Part shown: one piece after another, positions 12,236 to 25,419 of the stretch
Layout of the letters: the number at the start of each line of letters is the position of its first letter
Numbering within the stretch: position 1 is the stretch's first letter
Source: Mobula birostris
Taxonomy: Eukaryota
Assembly: GCF_030028105.1 (NCBI RefSeq)
Contig: NC_092380.1
Span: forward strand, 40,867,920 to 40,931,919
DNA: 64,000 nt
Direction of reading: 5' to 3'
Notes under the pieces: model-generated
Told to the model about the DNA's origin: nothing
Seen by the model: the letters and a program-made list of their open reading frames with translations, nothing else
Databases searched by the model: none
Position numbers and translations under genes: made by a program

Positions 12236-14070
12236 AAACCCAGTGCCCACACTGTACTGACATACAGTCCAGCACCCACACTGTACTTACACTCAGCCCA
12301 GTGCCCACACTGTACCGACACTCAGTCCAGTGTCAACACTGTGCGGTCACTCAGTCCAGTACCCACACTGTACTTACACTCAGTCTAGTGGCCATACTGA
12401 ATGGCATTCAGTCCAGTGGCAACACTGTACCGACAGTCAGTCCAGTGGCCACACTGTACCTACACTCAGCCCAGTGCCCACACTGTACCGTCACTCAGTC
12501 CAGTGTCCACACTGCGCGATCACTCAGTCCAGTACCCACACTGTACCTACACTCAGTCCAGTACCCACACTGTACTTACACTCAGTCCAGTACCCACACT
12601 GTACCAACACTCAGTCCAGTGCCCACACTGTACCGACACTCAGCCCAGTACCCACACTGTACCGACACTCAGCCCAGTGCCCACACTGTACTGACACTCA
12701 GCCCAGTACCCACACTGTACCGACACTCAGCCCAGTGCCCACACTGTACCGACACTCAGCCCAGTGCCCACACTGTACCGACACTCAGCCCAGTGCCCAC
12801 ACTGTACCGTCACTCAGCCCAGTGCCCACACTGTACCGACACTCAGCCCAGTACCCACACTGTACCGACACTCAGCCCAGTGCCCACACTGCGCGATCAC
12901 TCAGTCCAGTACCCACACTGTACCGACACTCAGCCCAGTACCCACACTGTACCTACACTCAGCCCAGTACCCACACTGTACCGACACTCAGTCCAGTACC
13001 CACACTGTACCGACACTCAACCCAGTACCCACACTGTACTGACACTCAGCCCAGTACCCACACTGTACCGTCACTCAGTCCAGTACCCACACTGTACCTA
13101 CACTCAGTCCAGTACCCACACTGTACCTACACTCAGTCCAGTACCCACACTGTACCGACACTCAGCCCAGTACCCACACTGTACCGTCACTCAGTCCAGT
13201 ACCCACACTGTACCTACACTCAGTCCAGTACCCACACTGTACCGACACTCAGCCCAGTACCCACACTGTACCGACACTCAGCCCAGTACCCACACTAGCC
13301 CAGTATCCACGGCGACCGTCGAGATGTTCTGGGACCGTTGGGCTCCGCGGGGTGTAAATGCCATCATTGATGAGGATGGCAATATATTGGTTTAACATGT
13401 ATTGTCTGTTTGTAGTGTAGTAAATGTGTTAGTCACTGGGCTTGTAAATATTGTATAGCACCGACATTTGCAATAAAGAATTTTGTAAAAAAAACTGTAC
13501 CGACACTCAGTCCAGTGCCCACACTGTACCGACACTCAGCCCAGTGCCCACACTGTACCTACACTCAGTCCAGTGCCCACACTGTACCGACACTCAGCCC
13601 AGTGCCCACACTGTACCGACACTCAGCCCAGTGCCCACACTGTACCGACACTCAGCCCAGTGCCCACACTGTACCGTCACTCAGCCCAGTGCCCACACTG
13701 TACCGACACTCAGCCCAGTGCCCACACTGTACCGTCACTCAGCCCAGTGCCCACACTGTACCGACACTCAGCCCAGTGCCCACACTGTACCGTCACTCAG
13801 CCCAGTGCCCACACTGTACCGACACTCAGCCCAGTGCCCACACTATACCGACACTCAGTCCAATGCCCACACTGTACCGACACTCAGTCCAGTACCCACG
13901 CTATACCGTCACTCAGTCCAATGCCCACACTGTACCGACACTCAGCCCAGTGCCCACGCTATACCGACACTCAGCCCAGCACTCACACTGTACCAGCACT
14001 CAGTCCAATGCCCACATTGTGTGTGGTCACTCAGTCCAGTACCCACACAGTATCAACACTCAGGCCAGTG
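12236..14070. repeat. 29-bp minisatellite cccacactgtaccgacactcagcccagt(a/g), interrupted at ~13296-13494
   Basis: Dozens of tandem copies with variant positions; degenerate at both edges. Confidence 0.95.
13296..13494 (+). mobile_element. 3' end of an L1/Tx1-type LINE with poly(A) tail
   Basis: ORF end ...VEMFWDRWAPRGVNAIIDEDGNILV*, T-rich 3' UTR, AATAAA at ~13472, then an A8 tail before the repeat resumes. Confidence 0.65.
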
Positions 14071-14161
14071 CCCAGACTGCATGCTGTCATCCTCTGCAGA
14101 GTCCTTGATGTGCCTGGTGTAGTACTTTCTTCTATTAATCTCGGTTTCTGTCTGTATACAG

Positions 14162-14329
14162 GAAGTATATCAAAGCTTTGCCTGATGTCAGCAAGTCTCC
14201 GAAAATGGTTCAGAGTAGCAGTGGATCAAGGGTGCGCAAGACTGAGAAGGGGAAGCAGGCACCACCAGTCATGCTCAAGATGGCAACAGCTTCCCTGGTC
14301 AGCCTGGACACTGTGCAGGAGCAGAATGA
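14162..14329 (+). CDS. Candidate internal exon of upstream gene (168 nt, phase 2-2)
   Basis: acceptor tttctgtctgtatacag|; (R)KYIKALPDVSKSPKMVQSSSGSRVRKTEKGKQAPPVMLKMATASLVSLDTVQEQN; donor TGA|gtaagt. Confidence 0.6.
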
Positions 14330-14861
14330 GTAAGTCATCTCGGAGGCAGGTGTTGTTTGTGTCAGGACATTGGGAGCTCCCTGCCCCAGGTGGAACTGGG
14401 CTCAGCTCACCTGAAGGTGGGTGAGGATGGGGAGGAGAGCTGAGGGTTTGCACCTCTCAACATCCTGTTTTTTTGGCTGGCTTACTCAGAGTTTCTTGCC
14501 AGTGGGAGTGATTTCTCTCCATTCCTGCATTTAATCCTTAATCCTTTAATCCTAATCACAGCATCTCAACCTGCTCTATTTAAGAGAATACAGGCTATGT
14601 TAATACGACCTGTCCTTGAACCCTAAATGTGTGTGCTCCTGCTTTAATTTGTAATACATCTGCTCCAAATCTTGTGCATCCTTGTACGATAACTTACACC
14701 CGTTCTGAGATGTTGGCACGAGATTCTGTAGATACTGCATATCTACAAAATGCCGGACGGTGTCAGCAGGTGAGGCTGCATCGATGGAAGAAAACCAACA
14801 GTTGATGTTTCAGGCCGGGATTTGATGCCCGAAATATCAACTGTTCATTTCCCGCCATAGA

Positions 14862-15046
14862 NNNNNNNNNNNNNNNNNNNNNNNNNNNNNNNNNNNNNNN
14901 NNNNNNNNNNNNNNNNNNNNNNNNNNNNNNNNNNNNNNNNNNNNNNNNNNNNNNNNNNNNNNNNNNNNNNNNNNNNNNNNNNNNNNNNNNNNNNNNNNNN
15001 NNNNNNNNNNNNNNNNNNNNNNNNNNNNNNNNNNNNNNNNNNNNNN
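14862..15046. other. Assembly gap
   Basis: N run. Confidence 1.
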
Positions 15047-15994
15047 TGTAAAATTGTACTTTTTTTTCTTCAGCACCAATTTTTGTTGTATTTTGAACTG
15101 GGATATCATCTCTTGGTCCTCCAACTCATATTCTCTCATCCTTCAGCATCCATCTTGAACCTAACTGGGCCTGCTGACACCTGCCCACTTTATGTTCCAT
15201 TGGCCATCACTGGAAGCTATAGCAGGAGGAGGAGGGAGGGCTATCAAGCAACAAACGTATCCAGGAGCCCTGAGGGCTAAGGACTGTCTCCTGAGAAACA
15301 GACTACCCATTGTTACACAGCAGTATCCTGGTTCCTGAGCTGCTGTGAGCAGCCAAGGCTCAGATACAGCTGGGCAGGATACCAGGAGGGACTAAGATCA
15401 AACCTCAACAAGCCCCATTTTTCTGGTTTACGTTAGGATGCTAAAATGCTATAATGTGTGTGTTTGAGATGAAATGGCAGACAGGGATGAAGAGGGGCTT
15501 TTGGGAGGGGAAGAGGCTGAAGAGAATTTGAGGGAATGTGGGTAGCACCCTATACCTTTCTTCCTAGGCATTGTATTCCTCGGTTTCTGACCCTGACCAT
15601 AGACTGTATCGTCTGTCTCTGCGCTGTATTATCCTACATCAATCCCAAATCCCTACGCCTAGACAGTAGCCGACAGTAAATGCTGAACGGTACTTTGCAA
15701 TGATCCTAATCCTAATCCGAAATGCCTATCCTTAGACAGCGTCCTACTTTAAAGACTAGTCCCTGCCCCTTGCATGTATCCCAACCTCTGTCCAAAAACC
15801 TTATCCCTGGACTGTATCCTGCATCATATCCCAGTCTCTGTTTTCAGACTGTGACGAGGAGGAAGCCCGTTACTGGACTGCAGTATAAAGTATCCTGTCT
15901 AAATTTGGATTATTACCTTTCAAGTTTGCATGGTATTGGCACACTACTGTTCTCTTATGTACAATAACAAGGGTATCTTGTGACACTTTGACAG

Positions 15995-16337
15995 AGGTGT
16001 GAACAATACTGAGGATGGGATCTCCAAGGTCCCAACTTCACTTGACTCCTGTCCATCAGCATCTCAAGCCATCAACCCTGCAGTGAATTGCAAGAAGATC
16101 AAAGCACAGAGACTCCTAAAACTGATGGTCGGGGCCAACAAACTCTTGCTACCCAAAGTTGTGAGTGGGACAACAGTGGCAATGCACAATCCCAGCAGAG
16201 GACCTTCGAGTACAAGACAGCCTCTGGACTCCACTGCTACAGACAGTGCAGATGGACACAGGCAGGCAACCAGCAGGAAGCCACCAGAAATGCAGGAAGA
16301 GGACTCAGAGTGTGATAAACAACAGAATGTGGAGTGA
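15995..16337 (+). CDS. Candidate terminal coding exon of upstream gene
   Basis: phase-2 acceptor cactttgacag|; (E)GVNNTEDGISKVPTSLDSCPSASQAINP...EEDSECDKQQNVE*; followed by AT-rich unique sequence resembling a 3' UTR. Confidence 0.5.
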
Positions 16338-17009
16338 AATTTGCATGTGGAAACCCCCAAAGACCAGTTGTCCATCGCATGCCTGTGGCAGGACAACCAG
16401 CAGCAAACAAACTTGGCAAAGCTATCCAGCACTAGTGGTGCCACTTAACCATTGGGTCAGTTTTCCCAATCCCACTGGAAACACTCTGCTCCTATTTTCC
16501 ACCGATATATCTTTGGAAGGAATATACTCTTATGGTCAATGTTAAATTGATTCTATTTTTATATCTGATTTGTTCTTATTTGTGTATGGTATGTGTGCAG
16601 TTTACACAGTAAATGAAAACTTAATTCTGTAAACCTTTCATTACTCATTTACTCTAGTACCACTCAGGGTCTAACAAAGATTACAATAGTAAGGATCTCC
16701 ATGGTTGGGGTCGGCCTTGGATGTTGTATCTCAGCTGTCTATGTGATACTCAGTATGATATGGAGAGCAAGCTGTTGCCCGAGCAACGTGCCCCACCTCT
16801 CCAGGCAGCTGATGAAACCAGAGAACAGCAGTGACCAATACACCCCAAAGATTACAGATGTACAGTCAAGGCCAACAATCCACTGTTATTGGTGCATGAG
16901 GAAGAACCCGTGCCAAAAATCTAGTGATATGAACTTTCATCCACTGAAACCCCATCCCAGTTCCTAGACACCTTGCGCACCAAATTCCATTCCAAGCCTG
17001 GAACTAAGG

Positions 17010-18292
17010 ATGAGGTTTAGGGGTACTTGGAGACACACAATGAAACAGGCCGAAGTCAGCATGGGTTCCTTAGGGGGAAATCTTGCCTGACAAATGTATT
17101 GGAATTCGTTGAGGAAATAACAGGCAGGATAGACAGAGGAGAGTCAGTGGATGTTGTTCACTTGGATTTTCAGAAGCCTTTTGACAAGATGCCACACGTG
17201 AGGCTGTTCAGCAAGTTAAAAGTCCATGGTATTACAGGGAAAATACTAGCATGGACAGAAGACTGGCTGACTGGCAGGAGGCAAATAGTAGGAATAAAAA
17301 GAGCCTTTTTTGGTTTTGCTGCCAGTGTTTCTCAATGGTGTTGGATCTGCTATTTTCCATGTTATATGTTAATGATCTGGATGGCAGGATTAATGGCTTT
17401 GTGGCCAAGTTTGTGGATGATAAAAGATAGGTGGAGGGGCAAATAATGATGAGAAAGCAAGGAATCTGCAGAAGGAAATGGACATATTTGGAGGATGGGC
17501 AAAGAATTGGCAGATGGATACATTGTCAGGAAGTGTATGATAAAAGGTGAAAATTATTTTCAAAACAGGGAGTAAATTCGGAAATCGGAGCTGCAAAAGG
17601 ATTTTGGAGTCCTTGTGCAGGATTCCCTAAAGGTTAACTTGCAGGTTGGGTTGGTAGTAAGGAAGGCAAATGCAATGTTAACATTCATTTCAAGAGGATG
17701 AGAATATAAAAGCAAGGATTTTATAATACTGAGGCATTATGCTACATTGGTCAGACCACAATTGGAGTAATGTGAACAGTTTTGATCCCCATACCTAAGA
17801 AAGGATGTGCTGGCATTGGAGTGGGTCCAGAGGAGGTTTACAAGAGTGATAGGAATGGAAGGGTTAATGCATGAGGAGTGTTTGATGACACTGAGCCTGT
17901 ACTCACTGGAGTTCAGAAGAATGAGGGGGGATCTCATTGAAAAATACTGAATATTGAGAAGCCTCGGTACAGTGGACATGGAGAGGATTTTCAAGTAGTG
18001 GGAGAGTTTAGGTCCAAAGGGCATGACCTCAGAATAGAAGAACATCCCTTTAGAACAGAGATGAGGAAGAATTTCTTTGGCCAGGGCGTGATGAATCTGT
18101 GAAACTCATTGCCACTGATAGCTGTGGAGGTTAATTCATTGGATATGAAGAGATTGAATGGCCTTAATTAGTAAGGGCATCAAAGGTTATGGGGAGGAGG
18201 CAGGAGAATGGATTTGAGAGGGAAAATAGATCAGCCATGATCGAATGTCGGAGCAGATGGGCCAAATGGATAAATTATGCTCCAATGTCTTA
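17010..18292 (+). mobile_element. 5'-truncated CR1 LINE
   Basis: SQHGFLRGKSCLTN, HLDFQKPFDKMPH motifs and CR1 3' region. Confidence 0.88.
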
Positions 18293-18344
18293 AGGACCGT
18301 CCTGCACCTGATCCCTGTCCCAGTCCATGCACTGTGTCCTTCCC

Positions 18345-20100
18345 CATAGAGCATACATAGGAGAGGCTCTTCGACCCATAATGTGGTGCTAACCTTTTAA
18401 CTTACTCCAAGGTCAATCCAATGCTTCCTACCACCTAGCCCCCATCTTACTTACATCCATGTGCCCATCCAATAATCTTCTGATGTCCCAGATGTATCTG
18501 CCTCTACCACCATCTTTGGCAGCACATTCCATGCACCCACCACTCTCTTTGTTAAAAAGCTAACTCTGATATTCCTCCTATAATCACCTTAAAAGTATCA
18601 CCTCTCATATAAGCCACTTCCTTCCTGGGGAAGAGGTACTAGCTGTCAACTCTGTCTATGCCTCTTATCATCTTATACGACTCCTCCCATCCTCCTTTGC
18701 TGCAAAGATTAAAATCCTAGCTCACACAACCTTTCTCACAAGACATGCTCTGTAATCCCGGCAGCATGGTAAATGTTCTCTGCACCTTCACAATAGTCCA
18801 AGTGCGGTCTATAACCATGGGCAGCCCTTGGTCCTGGACTCTCCCACTACAGGAAATATCCTCTCCCCCTCTTCTCTGTCTGGGCCTTTCAATATTCAAT
18901 AGGTTTCAATGAGATTTCCCCTCATTCTTCTAACTCCAGCAAGTACAGGCCCAAAGTGATCAACCACTCCTCATACATTAACCCTTTCAGTCCCACAATA
19001 ATTCTCATCAACCTCCTCGAGACCCTCTCCAAGGCAAGCACATCCTTTCGAAGATAAGGAGCCAAAAACTGCTCACAATACTCCAAGTGCGATCTGACCA
19101 ATGCCATATAAAACCTCAGTATTACATCCTTGCTTTTATATTCTAGTCCATAAGACCATAAGATATAGGAGCAGAAGTAGGCCATTCGGCCCATCGAGTC
19201 TGCTCCGCCATTTGGTCACGGGCTGATCCAATTCTTCCAGTCATCCCCACTCTCCTGTTTCACCCCATACCCATTGTGCCCTGGCTAATCAAGAACCTAT
19301 CTATCTCTGCCTTAAATACACCTGATGACTTGGCCTCCACAGCCACTCGTGGCAACAAATTCCAGATTTCCCACCCTCTGACTAAAGTTAATTTCTCCAC
19401 ATCTCAGTTCTAAAACAGCATCCTTCAATCCTGAAGTCATGCCCTCTTGTTTTAGAATCCCCTACCATAGTCCTTTTGAAATGAGTGCTAACATTGTATT
19501 TACCTTCCTTACCACCGACTCAACCTGCAAGTTAACCTTTAGGAAATCCTGCATGAGGACTCCCAAGGCCGTATACACTCTGATTTCTGAATTTGCTCCC
19601 CAATTAGAAAATAGTCTATGCTTTTATTCCTTCTACCAAAGTGCATGACCATACACTTCCCGATACTGTATTTCATCTGACACCTCTTTGCTCATTCTCT
19701 TAATCTAAGTCCTTCTGCAAATTCTCTGCTTCCTCAACACTACCTGCCCCTCCACCCATCTTTGTATTGTCCACAAACTTGGTCTCAAAGCCATCATTCT
19801 GTCATCCAAATCATTGACATACAATGTGAAAGGAAGCAGTTCCAACACCGACCCCTGCGGAACACCATTCATCACCAGCAGGCAGCAAGAAAATACCAGC
19901 TTCATTCCCACTTTGCTTCCTCCCAGTCAGCCAATCTTCTGTTCATGTTAGTATCTTTCTTGTAATACCATGGGCTCTTAGCTCGTTTAGTAGCCTCATG
20001 TTTATCACTTAATACTTTTCTGAATTGAACTCCATCTTCCAATTCACAGCACAGTTCAGCATCCTATTAATGTAACCAATGACAACTTTCTACATCACAC
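18345..20100 (-). mobile_element. Nested/composite CR1 LINE fragments
   Basis: [22 protein letters not shown] and [11 protein letters not shown] motifs; a second CR1 3' tail (ccataagaccataagatatagg) inserted at ~19148-19470. Confidence 0.8.
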
Positions 20101-21434
20101 CACCAACCTTCGGATCCCAGTCCCTCACCTTAAACTGTGCCCTGCAATAAATCCTAGTCCCTCTGCCTGCGATCTACCTTGTATCAAATCTCATGACCAT
20201 ATAGAATTCATTGAATCCCTTTGCCTGTGTCAATATTTAACTCCAATGCTTGTGTTTCTTTAACCAATTCCAGAGCCCTTTCTACTCTCAGTACTGAACT
20301 CCAACCTTTGATTGTTTCCACTTGTTTGACTTGATTCATGCTATCCTGTGACTGAATTACAATCAATTGTCCATTGAATAGTCTGCATGCAGTCCTCTGA
20401 TTGAATTACAACCCATTGTCTGTTGAGGTCTGCGTACAGTCCTTTGAATTACAACCCATTGTCTGCATGCTATCCCGTGACTGAATTCTGACTATGGAAC
20501 TCTCATTATCATTTGGATTGAATGTGATATTGAATCCCAGATTCTACACTGACCCAGGTTACCGTATTGCCCTCCATCATTCAGGAAGGAGTCGTACAAA
20601 ATTTTCCCAAGCACCATGCCAGTGTCTGATTTGCAAAATTAATCACTTCAAACACATAATGATGGAGCCACGAAGTTATACAGCACCAAAGCAAGCCCCT
20701 TGGCCCAACTCAAACAAGCCAAATAAGTAGCCAACCCAAGTTAGTCCCATTTGCCTGTAATTGGCTCATATCCCAATGAATCCTCCTCATCCATTAACTT
20801 TTCCAAATGTCTTTTAAATACTTTGCTGTAAATGCTGCATCTACCACTCCCTCTGGCAATTCATTCCATACACCCACCAGCATCTGTGTGGAAAAATTTG
20901 TCCTCAGGTCCCCTTTAACCTGAATTTTTCCCCTCTCACCTGAAATCTACCTGTGCTAGTTTTGGGGCTCCCCTCCACTCGGGAAAGGTAGACTGTCTCA
21001 ATTGACTTTATCGATGCCCCTCTGTAATGTCACCCTTCAGTCTCCTATGCTCCAGGGGATGAAAGTCTCAACTCTCCAGTGCCAGCATGATCCTCCTGAA
21101 TCATTTCTGCACCCTTCCTGTCATTCTCTTAGCTGGATGACCAGAACTGCACACAATGCTCTTAACTGGAGTATAATCAATGCCCTGTACAACTGTATCT
21201 GGATATCCCAACTCTTGTACACAGTGCCCTGACTGAAGAAAGCCAGCATGCCAAGCACCTTCTTCACCATCCTGTCTAGCTTTACAACAAGATTGTAAAA
21301 ACGTTGTGGCAGCAAAAAAGGTAAACATTCTGAGCAGAGCACAGGCTGTGTTTGAGCCCGGTGACTGGCTGTGGTGTAGAAAAGCCAGATCCCACATCAG
21401 CAATATGAGGGCCACCAGATAATCAGCACAGTAG

Positions 21435-21565
21435 CAAGTGAAAATCTGCAAATGCTGGAAATCCAGAGCATCGGACACAAGGTGCTGGGGGAACTCAGCA
21501 GGCCAGGCAGCATCTATGGAAAAGAGTACAGTCAATGTTTCAAGCCAAGACCCTTCAGCAGGGCA
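21435..21565 (-). mobile_element. Penelope terminal remnant
   Basis: atctgcaaatgctggaaatcc...caggccaggcagcatc...gacccttcagcagg, homologous to 25420-25545. Confidence 0.7.
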
Positions 21566-22934
21566 TACTAATGTTGATGGAAGTTAAGTGCTCTCTGGAT
21601 TGCCAGGAAAACTCTCCTACTCTAAAAATAAAACCACAGTTAAATGAATTCCAGATATGGAACCTGTGACCATGCAGCATTTTCTCAGAGATTTTAAAGA
21701 CTGGAACCTAGAACAAAATGCAGGGTGCTACAGAAAACTCAGTTGGTCGTGTAGATGAAGCATCTTTCCATTCATTTCCTTTCACATTCACAGAAGTTAC
21801 ATCTTCCCCTGCCCACCCCACATGGCAGACCAGGCGAGGCTTTTCTGAGTCTGTACTTTATCCACCATGGATATCTGGAGCTCCCATTTGCCAAGCATTT
21901 CAACATCTGCCCAACCCTTTGTTATTGCCACATCAATATGTCTATCCTCAGCATCCTCCGTTGAAAGGGTGAGGCCAAACTCAAACTAGGGGATCAGCAT
22001 CTTGTATTCCAACTGGGTAGCTTCTCCCTCTGCTCCATTCTCTCTCCTTGTGCTTTACCCAGGCCCTCTCTTACACCATCTTTTTTCTAACCCATCTCCC
22101 AGTTATTCCCCCACAACCCACCTAATCCATCACCCACTTACTTCTCCCGCGGAGTCTCCTTTCCCCTGATATTGCTATCTTCCATTATTTGGTTCCATGC
22201 TCATCTTCATCTCCAATCAGATTCCATCACCTGTTGCCCTCTGTCACCTCCATCTATCACTCCCAACCTGTCACTGTTCCACTGTTTCCTCCAATGTCTG
22301 CTCAGTACCTCTCCTCACTGGGATCCACTGTGGGATCTGGTGATTCCTCAATAGCCAGGTTCTTTTAGGAGTCCAAGAGTAAGTGAAAATGTATTGCTTC
22401 ACAACTGTTTAGTTTTAAAATTAAACAAAAGAACAGATACAGGGCATATGAAACCACAAGGGACAAAGAGACAAAGATGGCAATGTTTTCAGAGGCTGGC
22501 ACTTTTGAACTTGAGTGAAGACAAATTCCTAGGATAAAGAAAGACCAAATAAAAGTCAGTTACAGCACGCGTCGAGGTAACCAATGAAAAATGAAAAGGT
22601 GACAAACCATAACATATCTGCTATATCACTCTTCCGCCAATCGGTGGAGACAAATACTACATATTGTGAAAATAGACAAGTTAAAAATTCCAATTGTGTA
22701 TTAGTAAAACTATGATTTTACTTTTGCATTAATTCACTAATATCTTAATAAAAACATACAAAGACAACCAATTCCAACATCACCTAGCTCCACTTTACTC
22801 TTTTAGTCCAGATAAAAGGTCTCAACTCAAAAAACACTTTGATCACAGATGCTGACTGATTTGTTCACTGCATAAACCAGTATTCTGGGTCAGAATGGAG
22901 CATTGCAACTACTAGGGAAAATGTTTCTTTGTCT

Positions 22935-23515
22935 TAAGACCATAAGATATAGGAGCAGAAGATATAGACCAAAAGATATAGTATTAGGCTTTTGACCCAT
23001 TGAGTCTGCTCCGCCATTTCATCACGGCTGATCCATTTTCCTCTCGGACCCAAAGTCCTGCCTTCATGCCCTGACTAATCAAGTATCTATCAACCTCTGC
23101 CAAATAGACCAAATGATTTCGCCTCCACGGCCTCCTGTGACAACATATTCAGCAGATTCACCACGCTCTGGCTAATGAAATTCCTCTCCATATCCGTTCT
23201 AAGTGGACGTCCCTCCATTCTGAGAATGTGTGCTCTGGTCTTAGACTCTCCCACTACAGGAAACATCCTCTCCATATCCACTCTATCAAGGCCTTTCAAT
23301 ATTCAATGGGTTTCAATGAGTTACCCCCCATTCTTCTGAATTCCAGTGAGTACAGGCCTAGATCCATCAAACACTCTTCATCTGATAAACCTTTCAATAC
23401 CAGAATAATCTCCATGAGCCTCCTTTGAACCTTTTTCAATGTCAACACATTCTTTCTTGGATAAAAGGCCCAAAGCTGCTCATAATACTCCAAGTGAGGC
23501 CTCACCACTGCCTTA
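22935..23515 (-). mobile_element. CR1 LINE 3' end
   Basis: VVRPHLEYYEQLWAFYPRKNVL and GLDRVDMERMFPVVGES motifs. Confidence 0.85.
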
Positions 23516-24855
23516 CCCAACTGCTTCAAGCAGGCTTCAATTGTCTTGGTGACCAAGAAGAGCATGGTAACTAGACTGAATGACTACTGCCCAGTAGCAC
23601 TTACATCTACAGTAATGAAGTGCTTTGAGAGGCTGGTGTTGAAGCACATCAGCTCCTGTCTGAGTGGAAACTCAGATCCACTCCAATTCACCTACTGAAA
23701 CAACAGGTCTACAGCAGACACTATCTCGTTGGCTCTTCACTCAACTCTGGAACATCTGGACAATAAAGATACATACACCAGGATGCTCTTTATCGATTAC
23801 AGCTCGGCATTTAAAACCATCATCCCTTCAAAAATAATCAGTGAACCCCAAGACCTGGGACCAATACGATCCCATTGTTCAATTGGATCCTGGATTTCCT
23901 CACTTGTCAGTTAGGATTGGCAAAAACATCTCTCCCACAATCTCCACCAGCACAGGAACACCACAGGGATGTGTGCTTAGCCCCCTGCTCTACTTGCTTT
24001 ACACCTATGTCTGTGTGGCTAAGTATAGCTTTAACACCATATACAAGTTTGTTGATGACACCACTGTCGTGGGCCATATTAAAGGTGGGAGATTGAAAAC
24101 TTGGCTGAGTGGTGTAATAACAAGCACCTCTCACTCAATGTCAACAAGATCAAGAGACTTATTGTAGACTTCAGGAGAGGGAAACCAAAGGTTCATGAGC
24201 CAGTAATCATCAGAGGATCAGAGGTGGAGAGAGTCAGTAACTTTAAATTCCTGGGTGTCACTATCTCAGAGGACCTGTCCTGGACCCAGCATATAAATAT
24301 AATTACTAAGAAAACACGACAGCACCTCTAGTTCCTCAGGAGTCTGCGGAGATTTGGCACGTCATCAAAAACCTTGGCAAACTTTCATAAATGTGTGGTG
24401 GAAAATGTGCTGACTGGCTGCATTACGGCCTGGTATGGCATTTACATCACAGGTAAAACACCGTTGAGCACATCTACATGAAACATTGCTGTGGAAAAGA
24501 AGCACCCATCATCAAAGATCCTCACCACCCAAACCAGGCTCTCTTCTCACTGCTGCTATCAGGTAGAAGGTACAGGAGCCTCAGGACTCACACCACCAGG
24601 TTCAAGAACAGTTACTACCCCTCAACCATCAGAGTCTTGAACAAAAGGGGATAGCTACACTCACTTAAGGACTCTTATCTTCTCTTTTATTTTGTTATTT
24701 CATGCTTGTTTTTTGCTATTTATTTATATCTGTATTTGCACAGTTTGTTTACAGTTTACAGTTACTGTTCTGTAGACTTGTCTGCATAAAAAGAATCTCA
24801 GCATTGTATGTGATGACATATATGTATTCAGATAATAAATTTTATTTTGAACTTT
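23516..24855 (+). mobile_element. Rex1/Babar-type LINE RT fragment with 3' tail
   Basis: [50 protein letters not shown] motifs; aataaa...gaacttt tail. Confidence 0.8.
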
Positions 24856-24869
24856 CAGTCCTGTATTCA

Positions 24870-25340
24870 TAGTCGTAGTCGTACTTTATTGATCCCGGGG
24901 GAAACTGGTTTTCGTTGCAGTTGCACCATAAATAATAAATAGTAATAGAACCATAAATAGTTAAATAGTAATATGTAAATTATGCCAGTAAATTATGAAA
25001 TAAGTCCAGGACCAGCCTATTGGCTCAGGGTGTCTGACCCTCCAAGGGAGGAGTTGTAAAGTTTGATGGCCACAGGCAGGAATGACTTCCTATGATGCTC
25101 TGTGCTGCATCTCGGTGGAATGAGTCTCTGGCTGAATGTACTCCTGTGCCCACCCAGTACATTATGTAGTGGGTGGGAGACATTGACCAAGATGGCATGC
25201 AACTTAGACAGCGTCCTCTTTTCAGACACCACCGTGAGAGAGTCCAGTTCCATCCCTACAACATCATTGGCCTTAGGAATGAGTTTGTTGATTCTGTTGG
25301 TGTCTGCTACCCTCAGCCTGCTGCCCCAGCACACAACAGC
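24870..25340 (-). mobile_element. Rex1/Babar-type LINE 3' fragment
   Basis: CWGS...HPLHNVL...RKSFLPVAIKLYN C-terminus and short tandem tail. Confidence 0.75.
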
Positions 25341-25419
25341 ACCCTTTTTGATTTTGTCCCTCTCTTACATTGTAACTCATCCCATTGACTGCAGTTTTGC
25401 CCTGTCATCAGCTTCTCCT

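Noticed and set aside
12236-14070. CRISPR-like array
   Set aside because: Repeats are directly adjacent with no unique spacers, there are no cas genes, and the context is eukaryotic.
12301-14424. Long repetitive ORFs (HSAQCPHCTDTQ...) resembling zinc-finger or mucin repeats
   Set aside because: A 29-bp unit without stops cycles through all three frames; it lies between candidate exons and has no splice or start context.
15074-15280. Strong + strand acceptors after the gap as an extra exon of the upstream gene
   Set aside because: The phase-2 frame needed to join exon 14162-14329 reaches a stop quickly; it could only be an alternative end, with no supporting evidence.
22360-22780. AT-rich unique insert with CCAAT motifs inside a Penelope remnant
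   Set aside because: No ORF, terminal repeats or other structure that I could assign.
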